Shown here in pieces: positions 48,048 through 56,952 of a DNA stretch of 64,000 nucleotides. Each line of letters begins with the position of its first letter. Within the stretch, counting starts at the first letter, position 1. The notes below the pieces were generated by a model, which was given only the letters and a program-made list of their open reading frames with translations, searched no databases and was not told where the DNA came from. The position numbers and the translations under genes are program-made. This stretch comes from Longimicrobiales bacterium (GTDB lineage Bacteria > Gemmatimonadota > Gemmatimonadetes > Longimicrobiales > Gaopeijiaceae), in contig OZ220732.1 in NCBI GenBank assembly GCA_965116905.1, forward strand, positions 1,056,001 to 1,120,000. The letters are read 5' to 3'.

Positions 48048-49636
48048 CCCGCGTCATCGAGAGCGACGTCTGCATCATCGGGGCGGGAATCACCGCCGCG
48101 ATGGTCGCCGAACGGCTCGCGGAACGCACCAGCGCGTCCATCACCATCGTGGAGGCCGGCGGCCGCACCGCGTCCCTCGAAGAGCGCACCAACACCCGCG
48201 CCCGCATGTTGGCCTACGGCGAGAACCCCTACCCGAACGACCACATCCCCGACCAGACCGGCACGGGCGAGATGTACCGCCAGATGGTCGTGGGCGGCTC
48301 GGCCATGCACTGGGGCGGAGCGATCCCGCGCTACTCCCCGGAAGACTTCCGCCTCCGGTCCCTTTACGGCGTCGGCTTCGACTGGCCCATCACCTTCGAC
48401 GACCTGGAGCCGTACTACCAGGAAGCCGAGGAACGCATCGGCGCGGCGGGCGAACAGGGCCCTCCCGATTGCGACCCGCGTTCCAAACCCTACCCCATGC
48501 CGCCGCTTCCGCTGTCGTACAACCTTGCGCGCATGCGCGAGTGGACCGAGCGGGCGGAAGTCCCCTTCTGGACACAGCCCTGGGCGCGCAACACCGAACC
48601 GTACCGCGGCCGCAACGTCTGTCAGCGCTGCGACACCTGCGCCGTGTGCCCGACCGGAGCCAAGTACACCCCCGACTTCGCCCTCGACCGCCTGCTGGCG
48701 GAGAACCGCATCGACCTCATCCCCCGCACGCTGGTCCGCCGCCTCACCCTCGAGCCCGGCACCGACCGGATCGCCGTCGCCGAGGCCATGAATCGCGACG
48801 CTCCCGACGAGCCCGTCGAGTTCCGCGCCGGCACGTTCGTGATCGCCGGGGGTCACGCCTGGAGCTCGCACCTGCTCCTGCTGTCGGCCAACAGCCGCTT
48901 CCCCGACGGACTCGCCAACCGCACCGGAAACGTGGGCCGCTACATGACCGGCCACTGGTTCGTCAGCGGCTACATCGACCTGCCGATGCGCCTCTACCCC
49001 GGCATCTTCGCCAACAACAGCCTGCTTTCCCACCGGTTCGCGAGCCCCGGGCCGCTCGATCGCTACGTGCGGCACGATATCCGCCTGTGGGAGTCGGATG
49101 TGGGACGAGCCCCGCGTCTCCGAAACGGCGACGGCCGCCTCCTGTGGGGAGACGAGGTCATGGCAGACTGGCGTGAGCGCGTCGAATCGGGCGCGACCGC
49201 CCGTATCCGCGCGTACTACGACGTGCTGCCCGACCGCGACAGCCGCCTGACCCTCGACGGCACGAACACGAACGCCCACGGCGACCCCATGCCGCGCATC
49301 GACTATCGCCCTGACCCGGCCACACTCGACCTCGAAGACCACACCCACGCCACGATCCTGGGCCGCTTCGAACACCTCGCGCGCACCGACGGCGGATCGA
49401 TCATGAGCACGCGGTCGTCCCGCCTCTACGAGCACCCGGGAGGCGGCTGCCGCATGGGCGACGACCCCGAAACGAGCGTGGTGGACCGCTGGGGCCGCAC
49501 CCACGACCACGAGAACCTGTTCGTGGTGGGCGCACCGACGATCGTGTCGAGCGGCTGTGCCAACGGCACGCTCACCTTCTGCGCACTGTCGCTGATGTCG
49601 GCGGAGGAGATCGGGAAGGGGCTGGACCGGACTTAG
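48044..49636 (+). CDS. GMC family oxidoreductase with Cys cluster
   Basis: DVCIIGAG, VGGSAMHW, CQRCDTCAVCP, HPGGGCRMG; GTGA overlap. Confidence 0.88.
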   Translation: MTRVIESDVCIIGAGITAAMVAERLAERTSASITIVEAGGRTASLEERTNTRARMLAYGENPYPNDHIPDQTGTGEMYRQMVVGGSAMHWGGAIPRYSPEDFRLRSLYGVGFDWPITFDDLEPYYQEAEERIGAAGEQGPPDCDPRSKPYPMPPLPLSYNLARMREWTERAEVPFWTQPWARNTEPYRGRNVCQRCDTCAVCPTGAKYTPDFALDRLLAENRIDLIPRTLVRRLTLEPGTDRIAVAEAMNRDAPDEPVEFRAGTFVIAGGHAWSSHLLLLSANSRFPDGLANRTGNVGRYMTGHWFVSGYIDLPMRLYPGIFANNSLLSHRFASPGPLDRYVRHDIRLWESDVGRAPRLRNGDGRLLWGDEVMADWRERVESGATARIRAYYDVLPDRDSRLTLDGTNTNAHGDPMPRIDYRPDPATLDLEDHTHATILGRFEHLARTDGGSIMSTRSSRLYEHPGGGCRMGDDPETSVVDRWGRTHDHENLFVVGAPTIVSSGCANGTLTFCALSLMSAEEIGKGLDRT

Positions 49637-49654
49637 TCCACTGGACTTAGTCTG

Positions 49655-50782
49655 CTACGGGCGGGCGCCCATCCCCAGCGGCAACACCGTCCCGGGATGA
49701 AACGCCGCCCACGCGCCCCAGAACGCGACATACGCTTCGGCAATCGGCCTGAGCCGCCGGCCGGTTCCGGCCAGGGGACCCGCAACGGGCGTCCCGTCGA
49801 CGGCCCAGACCGTGCCGGTGACCCCGTCGCGCACGCCCCCCGCGGCCGTCTCGAAGGTCGCCGCACGTCCCTCGACCTCCATCCGGTAAGCCATCGCCGA
49901 CTGCCTGGGACCGTCCCACAGAACCATTGCCCGGGCTCCCCCATACGTGATCTCGAAAACGGCGTGATCGCCCGCCCGCGCCATCGCCGCGAACGAGAAC
50001 GCGATCGGCGCGGCCCCCGGCGCCTCGGCCGGCAACCCCAGCACCCGTTCCTTCGGCGGAAGGCGGTCGTCGTCGAGCGCGATCGGATAGCCTTCGAAAT
50101 CGGCGTTGTGAGGGTCGTCGTAGTCCTCGCCGTACGGGTTCCGGACATAGAGCCGCCAGTCGGAGAGGCCGCTGCCGACTCCCACCATCCGCGACTCCGG
50201 GTGCAGCTCCTTCCACCCCGCCATGGTCATCTCGACCACCGGCAGCCGCTCCAGCCTGGCTCCCGTGCGCGGTCCGCAGCGCGCTTCTCCCAACATCTGC
50301 GGCCAGAACGACTCGTCGGGCTCGTTCCGGTCGTACATCACCAGGTTGGCCTGGTACAGCAAGCCGGACACCCCGAGTTCGGCGCCCCCGGTCCCGGTCC
50401 GCGTGAATGCGAGCGCCGTGCCGGTCAGGGGGCAGTACGTGACCGACATCCGGTCCAGGCCGGAGGAGAAGTTCACGATCTCGTGCCGCCACATGATGTT
50501 GTGCGGAATCACGATCGTTTCCGTGCCCACACGGACGGCGATCACCCGGTCGGTGTCGCGCACGAAGGAGTTTTCCGGCACCACCGGCGAGATCGGGAGG
50601 AGCAGCGGATCGGAGAGCGCGGGAATCCCGTCACGCCCCACGCCGCCGTCGGCCAGGTAGGCGGGATCGAGGTCGCACACGAGTTCGTCTTCCGCGACCG
50701 GGCCCACGCCGATGCCGTCTCCGGACGCGCAGCCGTATGCGGTCAGGGCAACAAGGACGAGGCGCGCTGGGAAGGGTCTCAT
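49655..50782 (-). CDS. DUF3179 domain lipoprotein
   Basis: GGVGRDGIPAL, HEIVN, TYCPLTG, GVSGLLYQANLVMYDR, AFWGAWAAFHP. Confidence 0.85.
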   Translation of the reverse strand: MRPFPARLVLVALTAYGCASGDGIGVGPVAEDELVCDLDPAYLADGGVGRDGIPALSDPLLLPISPVVPENSFVRDTDRVIAVRVGTETIVIPHNIMWRHEIVNFSSGLDRMSVTYCPLTGTALAFTRTGTGGAELGVSGLLYQANLVMYDRNEPDESFWPQMLGEARCGPRTGARLERLPVVEMTMAGWKELHPESRMVGVGSGLSDWRLYVRNPYGEDYDDPHNADFEGYPIALDDDRLPPKERVLGLPAEAPGAAPIAFSFAAMARAGDHAVFEITYGGARAMVLWDGPRQSAMAYRMEVEGRAATFETAAGGVRDGVTGTVWAVDGTPVAGPLAGTGRRLRPIAEAYVAFWGAWAAFHPGTVLPLGMGARP

Positions 50783-50854
50783 TGTCAGACGGGGCCGGCG
50801 TAACGAGGATTGAAACGTAAAGTCACTCCCCCGTCAGGACGACCGCATCCCCCG

Positions 50855-51679
50855 ATGACGACCGCAGCCGCCCGGACCGCAGTCCTGCTCTGCGTGCTAC
50901 TGCTGACACTCGCCGACACCGTTGCGGGGCAGTGGGGAGGGCGCAGACGGTGGGCTCCCATCCGCAAGCCGGTCGAGGCAGCCGAGCACGGCGAGTTCAC
51001 CTTCTGCCGCCTTCAGTACCAGCGCGTGCGGCGCGAGTGGCTGGGGACGGGGTGGAACACGGACTATCCCGACGGCGACCGGAATCTGCCGCTGCGTCTC
51101 TCGCAATTGACCACCGCGGACATCGCCCGCAACGAACGCGGCGACCCCTTTCACGCGGTTGTCACCGCCACCGAATCCGACCTCTACGACTGCCCGTTCC
51201 TCTTCGCTTCCGACGTCGGGACGATCGGCTTCTCCGAGCTCGAGGCCGTCCGGCTGCGCGACTACCTGCTGAAGGGCGGCTTCCTGTGGGCGGACGATTT
51301 CTGGGGCAATCTGGCCTGGCGAAACTGGACGCTGGAGATGAACCGCGTCCTGCCTGGCTATTCCATTGTCCCGCTGCCGCCTGACCACATCCTGTTTCAC
51401 ACGCTCTACACGGTCGACAGCCTCCCGCAGATACCGTCGATTCAGTACTGGCGGCGGAGCGGGCGAAGGGGAACCTCGGAACGGGGCGCCGAGAGCGCGA
51501 TGCCCACGATCCACGGGATCATGGACGAATCGGGGCGGCTCATGGTCATCATGACGCACAACACGGACATTGCCGACGGGTGGGAGCGCGAAGGCGAGGA
51601 CGACGAGTTCTTCTACCAGTTCTCGCCGGATGCGTACGCGGTGGGGATCAACGTCATTCTCTACATGCTCACCCACTGA
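50855..51679 (+). CDS. DUF4159 domain protein
   Basis: WNTDYPDGD, LRDYLLKGGF, DDFWG, NTDIADGWE, GINVILY. Confidence 0.85.
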   Translation: MTTAAARTAVLLCVLLLTLADTVAGQWGGRRRWAPIRKPVEAAEHGEFTFCRLQYQRVRREWLGTGWNTDYPDGDRNLPLRLSQLTTADIARNERGDPFHAVVTATESDLYDCPFLFASDVGTIGFSELEAVRLRDYLLKGGFLWADDFWGNLAWRNWTLEMNRVLPGYSIVPLPPDHILFHTLYTVDSLPQIPSIQYWRRSGRRGTSERGAESAMPTIHGIMDESGRLMVIMTHNTDIADGWEREGEDDEFFYQFSPDAYAVGINVILYMLTH

Positions 51680-51690
51680 ACGGGACGCCG

Positions 51691-52308
51691 ATGAACGACT
51701 GGTGGGCCGAAGGCCTGTTGTTCGAGAACTGCAATTGCACGGCGGTCTGCCCGGGCCATATCCACTTCAGCCAGAAGTGCACCCACGAGGTGTGCCACGG
51801 CTTCTGGGCGATCCGCTTCGAGGCGGGCGCGGTGGGCGCGTCCGCTCCGGTGGATCTGGCCGGCATCGACGCCGTGGTCGTGTACGAGACGCCGCCGGTG
51901 ATGGTCGAAGGGGGATGGAAGCAGCTGATCATCGTCTCCGACCACGCGACTGACGACCAGCGCGAGGCGGTGGAGGAGATCGTCACGGGCGCGCGGGGGG
52001 GGCCGTGGGAGGTGCTCAACCGCTTCGTGGCCGACCCGCTGCCGACCCGGACCGCGCCGATCCGCATCGAAGACCAGCCCACGCGGAAGTCCGTCACCGT
52101 GGCGGGCCTGCTCACGGGCGCGGTCGAGGCGATTCGCGGCCGGGACCGGGACCGCCCGGTCACGTTCGAGAACATCTACAACAAGATCCACGATTCGACC
52201 CAGGTGATCGCGCAGGGCTCCACCCGTTACGACGACGGCGAAATCGTGATCGCCAACGAGGGCACCCATGGGCTGTGGTCGCGGTTTCGCTGGACGGGTG
52301 ACGGATGA
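51691..52308 (+). CDS. DUF1326 domain protein (metal-binding)
   Basis: ENCNCTAVCPG motif. Confidence 0.85.
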   Translation: MNDWWAEGLLFENCNCTAVCPGHIHFSQKCTHEVCHGFWAIRFEAGAVGASAPVDLAGIDAVVVYETPPVMVEGGWKQLIIVSDHATDDQREAVEEIVTGARGGPWEVLNRFVADPLPTRTAPIRIEDQPTRKSVTVAGLLTGAVEAIRGRDRDRPVTFENIYNKIHDSTQVIAQGSTRYDDGEIVIANEGTHGLWSRFRWTGDG

Positions 52309-52568
52309 GTGGGTTAAGCGGTGTCGGGTGAACTGGGGGTCGGCCACCCCGCGATTCCTGGGAACCGTTCGGCGACACGGTGGTGTGAGGGGGATTTCCC
52401 CCCACCGGATACCGGGTTTTCCCCGTAGCAACTCCAAAGCGCCAGGACAATACTGTAGTTGTCCGTTCTTCCGGCAAGCTCCCGTGAGCAACGAATCGGC
52501 TACCGAGCCGTCCGACTGGAGCGGCGATATCCGAAGTACCTGGTTCTGGAGCTTCGGGAAATAGGGGC

Positions 52569-52796
52569 ATGGATATGGAAACCAGAAGCGAGGCGGCTGC
52601 CAGGCCCGTGGCGGTGTGTGGCCGCCGCCTTGTCTGGGCGCTGGCCCCGCTGCTGTTAGCGAGGATCGAAGACCGGCAACTGCTCATTACGGGACAAACC
52701 CCGGGCGAGACCTACGTTTTCGTAGACGCTACGGTGGAAGGCAATCCCAACACTGCCCAATTCGCCTACCACGTCATCACGATTGAACCAACATGA
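52569..52796 (+). pseudogene. Probable internally deleted paralog of the downstream secreted Ig-like protein
   Basis: Signal-like segment joined directly to ARIEDRQLLITGQTPGET, which aligns with AEIDGHEITLTARTPGYT of 52793-53158. Confidence 0.4.
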
Positions 52797-53158
52797 GACG
52801 AATGGCACGCTTGGCACTCCCGGCGCTGATCGCGTTGCTCGCCGTCTGCGACGACAGCGAGTGGTACGAGTACTGCGAGGACTACTCCCAACTCGTTACC
52901 ACCTCAATCGCCGTCGGAGAGTCGGAAGTGTCGGAGGTCCCCTTCTGCGGTCCCTGGGACGACCCGGCCGCGACCTATACGGCCGAGAGCCATGACACGA
53001 CCGTCGTGACGGCCGAGATCGATGGCCACGAGATCACGCTGACAGCGAGGACCCCCGGCTACACCCTTGTCGACGTCTGGTCCGAGCTGCCGGGGCGGGT
53101 GAAGAGAGGGTTCCTCTTCTACGAGGTGGAGGTGTTCGTGCCCATCGGAGGGAAGTAG
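52793..53158 (+). CDS. Small secreted/lipoprotein with Ig-like beta-sandwich
   Basis: Hydrophobic leader ending LAVC; SHDTTVVTAEIDG..TLTA..PG pattern. Confidence 0.6.
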   Translation: MRRMARLALPALIALLAVCDDSEWYEYCEDYSQLVTTSIAVGESEVSEVPFCGPWDDPAATYTAESHDTTVVTAEIDGHEITLTARTPGYTLVDVWSELPGRVKRGFLFYEVEVFVPIGGK

Positions 53159-53164
53159 AAGAAC

Positions 53165-53791
53165 GTGGAGTACCCGTCCGTCTTCCTGATGTGGTTGGCC
53201 ATGACCGGCGTCATGATGGCGCCGGTGGTGCTGCCCTGGCTGCGCGCGCTGAGTCGCATTGCGGACGGTGGCACCGTCTCGTCGGCCGGTCCCCGGGCTG
53301 CGGTCGGTCCCTTCGCCACGGTCGCTCCCTTCGCCGCCGGATACGCGTTTGCGTGGGCCGCGTTCAGCGCCGCGGTCGCCGGACTTCACCTGGCGCTGTC
53401 ACGCATGAGCGTTCCGGTGCCTTTCGGACTCGAGGCGCCCGCCCTTTCGGCCGCCGCGCTGTGGCTCGCCGGCGGCTTCCAGTTCACGCGCCTGAAGGAG
53501 GCCTGCCTCGCCCACTGCCGCTCGCCCGCCGGCTACCTCCTCACACATTGGCGTAGCGGTCCAGCCGGCCACGCGCGGCTCGGGTTCGGGCACGGGCTGC
53601 ACTGTGTCGGCTGCTGCTGGGCCCTGATGGCGCTCGCCCTCGTGGTTGGGATGATCAACCTCGTCTGGATGGGTCTCCTGATGGCGGTCATGGTGGCCGA
53701 GACGACGCTCGCCTTCGGGCCGCGTCTGCGGAAGCCGGTAGGGGCCGCGCTGCTCGCGGCCGGCGTGATCGTGCTGATCGCAGCCACCTGA
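53165..53791 (+). CDS. DUF2182 metal-binding integral membrane protein
   Basis: MW..M...MM, QFTRLKEACLAHCRSP, CVGCCWALM motifs. Confidence 0.88.
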   Translation: MEYPSVFLMWLAMTGVMMAPVVLPWLRALSRIADGGTVSSAGPRAAVGPFATVAPFAAGYAFAWAAFSAAVAGLHLALSRMSVPVPFGLEAPALSAAALWLAGGFQFTRLKEACLAHCRSPAGYLLTHWRSGPAGHARLGFGHGLHCVGCCWALMALALVVGMINLVWMGLLMAVMVAETTLAFGPRLRKPVGAALLAAGVIVLIAAT

Positions 53792-53845
53792 CGGCAACTG
53801 TCGCGACCCTGTGGCCGCGGCGCGCCCTGCAACTACCTTTCCCCC

Positions 53846-54676
53846 ATGAGAGTCGCCCTCTTCGTCACCTGCCTGGCCGACCACTACTTCGCTGAGGCGG
53901 CGGCCGACGCCGTGCGCCTGCTGCGCCACCTGGGATGCGAAGTCGTCTTCCCGGCCGATCAGACCTGCTGCGGCCAGCCCGCCTACAACGCGGGTCGATA
54001 CGACGAGGCGCGCAGGATGGCGGAGCACACGCTCCGGGTGTTCGGCGGTGCGCCGGGCAACCCGGGCGATCCGGACGCCGCGGATGGCCCGACCGCCCCA
54101 GGAGACCCTGCAGCTGCAGACGCCATCGTCCTCCCCAGCGGCTCCTGCGCCACGATGGTCAAGAAGTTCTACCCGCGGCTTCTGGTCGGCGGTGCGGACA
54201 CTTCCGCCCCCGCCGCGCTCGCGGACCGCACCTTCGACCTGGCCGAGTTCATCGTGCACCGGCTGGGCGTCACGGAGCTGGGCAGCGGGCTCGCTGGCCG
54301 CAGGGTCGCCGTGCACCAGGGGTGCCACGCTCTGCGCGAGCTTCGCCTGGAGACCGAACCGGCGGTGCTCCTCGAAGGCGCCGGTGCCGAGGTCGTGCCG
54401 TGGGAGGCCCAGGAGGAGTGCTGCGGATTCGGCGGGCTGTTCTCGGTGAAGATGACGGCGGTGTCCGCGGCCATGGCCGACCGGAAGCTCGACACCCTGC
54501 CCGAGGTCGACTGGGTGGTGTCGGGGGACGGCGGCTGCGTGCTGCACCTTGACGGCCGAAACCGGGCCCGGGGCACGGGCGTCGAGTTCGTGCACCTGGC
54601 GACGGCGCTGTGGCGGGGGGTGGCGGGGGATGCCCGCGTGGCGGGGGATGCCCGCGTGACCGAGGCGGTTCGCTGA
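53846..54676 (+). CDS. lutA: Lactate utilization protein A (CCG-domain Fe-S)
   Basis: VALFVTCL, QTCCGQPAYNAG, SGSC, ECCGFGG. Confidence 0.9.
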   Translation: MRVALFVTCLADHYFAEAAADAVRLLRHLGCEVVFPADQTCCGQPAYNAGRYDEARRMAEHTLRVFGGAPGNPGDPDAADGPTAPGDPAAADAIVLPSGSCATMVKKFYPRLLVGGADTSAPAALADRTFDLAEFIVHRLGVTELGSGLAGRRVAVHQGCHALRELRLETEPAVLLEGAGAEVVPWEAQEECCGFGGLFSVKMTAVSAAMADRKLDTLPEVDWVVSGDGGCVLHLDGRNRARGTGVEFVHLATALWRGVAGDARVAGDARVTEAVR

Positions 54677-54677
54677 C

Positions 54678-56069
54678 ATGCACACGCGGATCAAGGACTA
54701 CCCGTCGCGCTCGCGCGAGATCATCCGCGGGGATCCGGGTGTCCGCGAGGCGGTCACGGGCGCCACCATCGCATTCGACCAGAAGCGGCTGCAGGGCTAC
54801 GCCGAGGTCGATGCCGACGCGTGGCGGCGCTGGGCCGAGGGCGTGAAGAGCCACACGCTGACCCACCTGGACGATTACCTCGACGAAGCCGAGGCGCGGC
54901 TCGAGGCCAACGGCGCCGAGGTGCACTGGGCGGCGGACGCGGCCGAGGCCCGCGAGATCGTGATGTCGCTGGCCGCGAGGCACTCGGTGAAGCGCGTGGT
55001 CAAGGGCAAGAGCATGGTCACCGAGGAGATCGACCTGAATCCGGCGCTGGAAGCCGCGGGGCTCGAGGTCTACGAGACCGACCTGGGCGAGTACATCCTG
55101 CAGCTTCTGGAGGAGCCGCCCAGCCACATCCTGGGTCCCGCCATTCACAAGACCCTGCAGCAGGTGCAGCGGCTGTTCGCCGACCGGCTAGGCTCGGAGC
55201 CGGACGGGGACCCCGACACGCTCGCGCGGGCTGCTCGCCGCGTGTTGCGCGATGTCTTTATTCACTCCGACATGGGGATTACCGGGGGCAACTTCCTCGT
55301 TGCGGAGACGGGGACGGTGGCCCTGATCGAGAACGAGGGGAACATCCGGCTCACGACTTCGCTGCCTCGCGTGCACGTCGCGGTCGTCGGGATCGAGAAG
55401 CTCATTCCGCGCATGGCCGACCTGGCCGGCTTTCTTCAGCTGACGGCACGCGCGGCGACCGGCCAGCCGATCGGCTGTTTCGTGTCGCTCGTGCAGGGGC
55501 CCGCGGCTCACCCTGACGACGACGGGCCGGAGGTAGTGCACGTCGTCCTGGTCGACAACGGCCGCACCGACGTCCTGGCCCACGAGCACGCGTGGGAAGC
55601 GCTGCGGTGTCTGCGCTGCGGGGCGTGTCTAAACGCGTGTCCGGTGTACCGTCAGACCGGCGGGCATGCATACGGGCACGTCTACTCGGGGCCGATCGGC
55701 TCGGTGCTCGACCCCGGATTGGTGGGGCTGCACGAAGCCATGCCGCTGCCGTTCGCGTCGTCGCTCTGCGGGGCCTGCCAGGACGCGTGCCCGGTGCGGA
55801 TTCCGATCCCGGAGCTGCTGCTCGAATGGCGGCGCGAGGCGCAGGAGGAGGGGCTCACGCCGTGGAAGGAACGGGCGGCACTGAAGGGACTCGCGGGCGT
55901 GGCGACGCGGCCGGGGCTGTACAGGGCCGTGGGCAGGATCGGGTCGCGGCTGGGGGCGACGGGGCTGGCGCGCGCGCTGCCGATGCTCGGCGAATGGGCG
56001 GCCGACCGGGCATTGCCGAAGCCCAGCGAGCGGACGTTTCGCGAGCTGTGGCGCGAGGGGATCGAGTGA
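54678..56069 (+). CDS. lutB: Lactate utilization protein B (LUD plus 4Fe-4S)
   Basis: KGKSMVTEE, ETDLGE, ENEGN, CLRCGACLNACP, SLCGACQDACP. Confidence 0.92.
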   Translation: MHTRIKDYPSRSREIIRGDPGVREAVTGATIAFDQKRLQGYAEVDADAWRRWAEGVKSHTLTHLDDYLDEAEARLEANGAEVHWAADAAEAREIVMSLAARHSVKRVVKGKSMVTEEIDLNPALEAAGLEVYETDLGEYILQLLEEPPSHILGPAIHKTLQQVQRLFADRLGSEPDGDPDTLARAARRVLRDVFIHSDMGITGGNFLVAETGTVALIENEGNIRLTTSLPRVHVAVVGIEKLIPRMADLAGFLQLTARAATGQPIGCFVSLVQGPAAHPDDDGPEVVHVVLVDNGRTDVLAHEHAWEALRCLRCGACLNACPVYRQTGGHAYGHVYSGPIGSVLDPGLVGLHEAMPLPFASSLCGACQDACPVRIPIPELLLEWRREAQEEGLTPWKERAALKGLAGVATRPGLYRAVGRIGSRLGATGLARALPMLGEWAADRALPKPSERTFRELWREGIE

Positions 56070-56665
56070 GCACCGGCGCGCGGGAGCGGATCATGGCGCG
56101 GGTTGCGCGAGCGGTGGCGAGCCGCACGGGAGTGCCGCATCCGGGTGCGCTGGTGGCGCCGGTGGCGGGGGACGCGGTGGGCGCGGGGGCGGTGGACGCA
56201 TTTGTGAACTGTTTCACAAGCCAGGGGGGCGAGGTGGCCAGGGCCGATCCGGGATGCCCGGCGGGTGAGTGGCTGACCGGCTTCCTGCGAGGACTCGACC
56301 CCGAGGTGACCGGCGTCGCCATGGCGCCGGACGTGCTGCCCGAACTCAGGCCACACTTGCCCGAATCGGCCGTCGCGCACGCGGGTGCGGGCGTGTCAAT
56401 GGCCTGGGGGGCCGCAGCGGACACGGGAAGCCTGATCCTGCCGTCGACGGGAACGCGAGCCGTGCAGTTGCTGCCCCCGGTTCACGTGGTGTGGGTGCCG
56501 GCGGGCCGGGTGTTTGCGCGGCTGGAGGATGCGTTGCGCGAGCTCGAAGCGGAATTGCCCGCGGCCGTCGGACTGCACTCCGGCCCCAGCAAGTCGGCGG
56601 ACATCGGCCGCACGGTCGTAACCGGGGTACACGGGCCGGGGCGGTGCATTGCGGTGTTCAGTTGA
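56066..56665 (+). CDS. lutC: Lactate utilization protein C (LUD domain)
   Basis: ADTGS, LLPPVHV, SGPSKSADI, GVHGP; GTGA overlap. Confidence 0.9.
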   Translation: MSTGARERIMARVARAVASRTGVPHPGALVAPVAGDAVGAGAVDAFVNCFTSQGGEVARADPGCPAGEWLTGFLRGLDPEVTGVAMAPDVLPELRPHLPESAVAHAGAGVSMAWGAAADTGSLILPSTGTRAVQLLPPVHVVWVPAGRVFARLEDALRELEAELPAAVGLHSGPSKSADIGRTVVTGVHGPGRCIAVFS

Positions 56666-56690
56666 ACGCCGTTTGTAATATGGAGGGACG

Positions 56691-56915
56691 ATGACGGACA
56701 GGCTTATCGACAGGAATCCAGACATCCTGGGTGGGACTCCCGTGTTCTCCGGCACGAGGGTTCCCGTCCGGATACTGATGGATCATCTGGAGGCGGGCGA
56801 CAGGCTCGACGATTTCCTCGACGACTATCCTACGGTCTCGCGGGATCAGGCGGTCGAACTGCTTGAGCGCGCAACGACGATGCTGGTGGGTGGTGGCAAC
56901 GAAAGTACTGCTTGA
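56691..56915 (+). CDS. DUF433 family antitoxin
   Basis: PDILGGTPVFSGTRVPV, FLDDYP; GGAGG RBS. Confidence 0.9.
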   Translation: MTDRLIDRNPDILGGTPVFSGTRVPVRILMDHLEAGDRLDDFLDDYPTVSRDQAVELLERATTMLVGGGNESTA

Positions 56916-56949
56916 CGAATCCACGCCGCGAAATTGGAGTCGTCGTTGA
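56899..56949 (+). pseudogene. Remnant of DUF5615/PIN-like toxin
   Basis: ACG-AAA-GTA-CTG-CTT-GAC-GAA = (M>T)KVLLDE overlapping the antitoxin 3' end; stops after 16 codons. Confidence 0.7.
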
Positions 56950-56952
56950 AGC

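Noticed and set aside
49629..49653. GGACTTAGTC duplicated palindrome as a recombination site
   Set aside because: It is short and lies between convergent genes with no recombinase nearby; more likely a terminator-like or slippage feature
49655..50782. Selenoprotein form of DUF3179
   Set aside because: The ORF is open with Cys (TYCPLTG) and has no in-frame TGA
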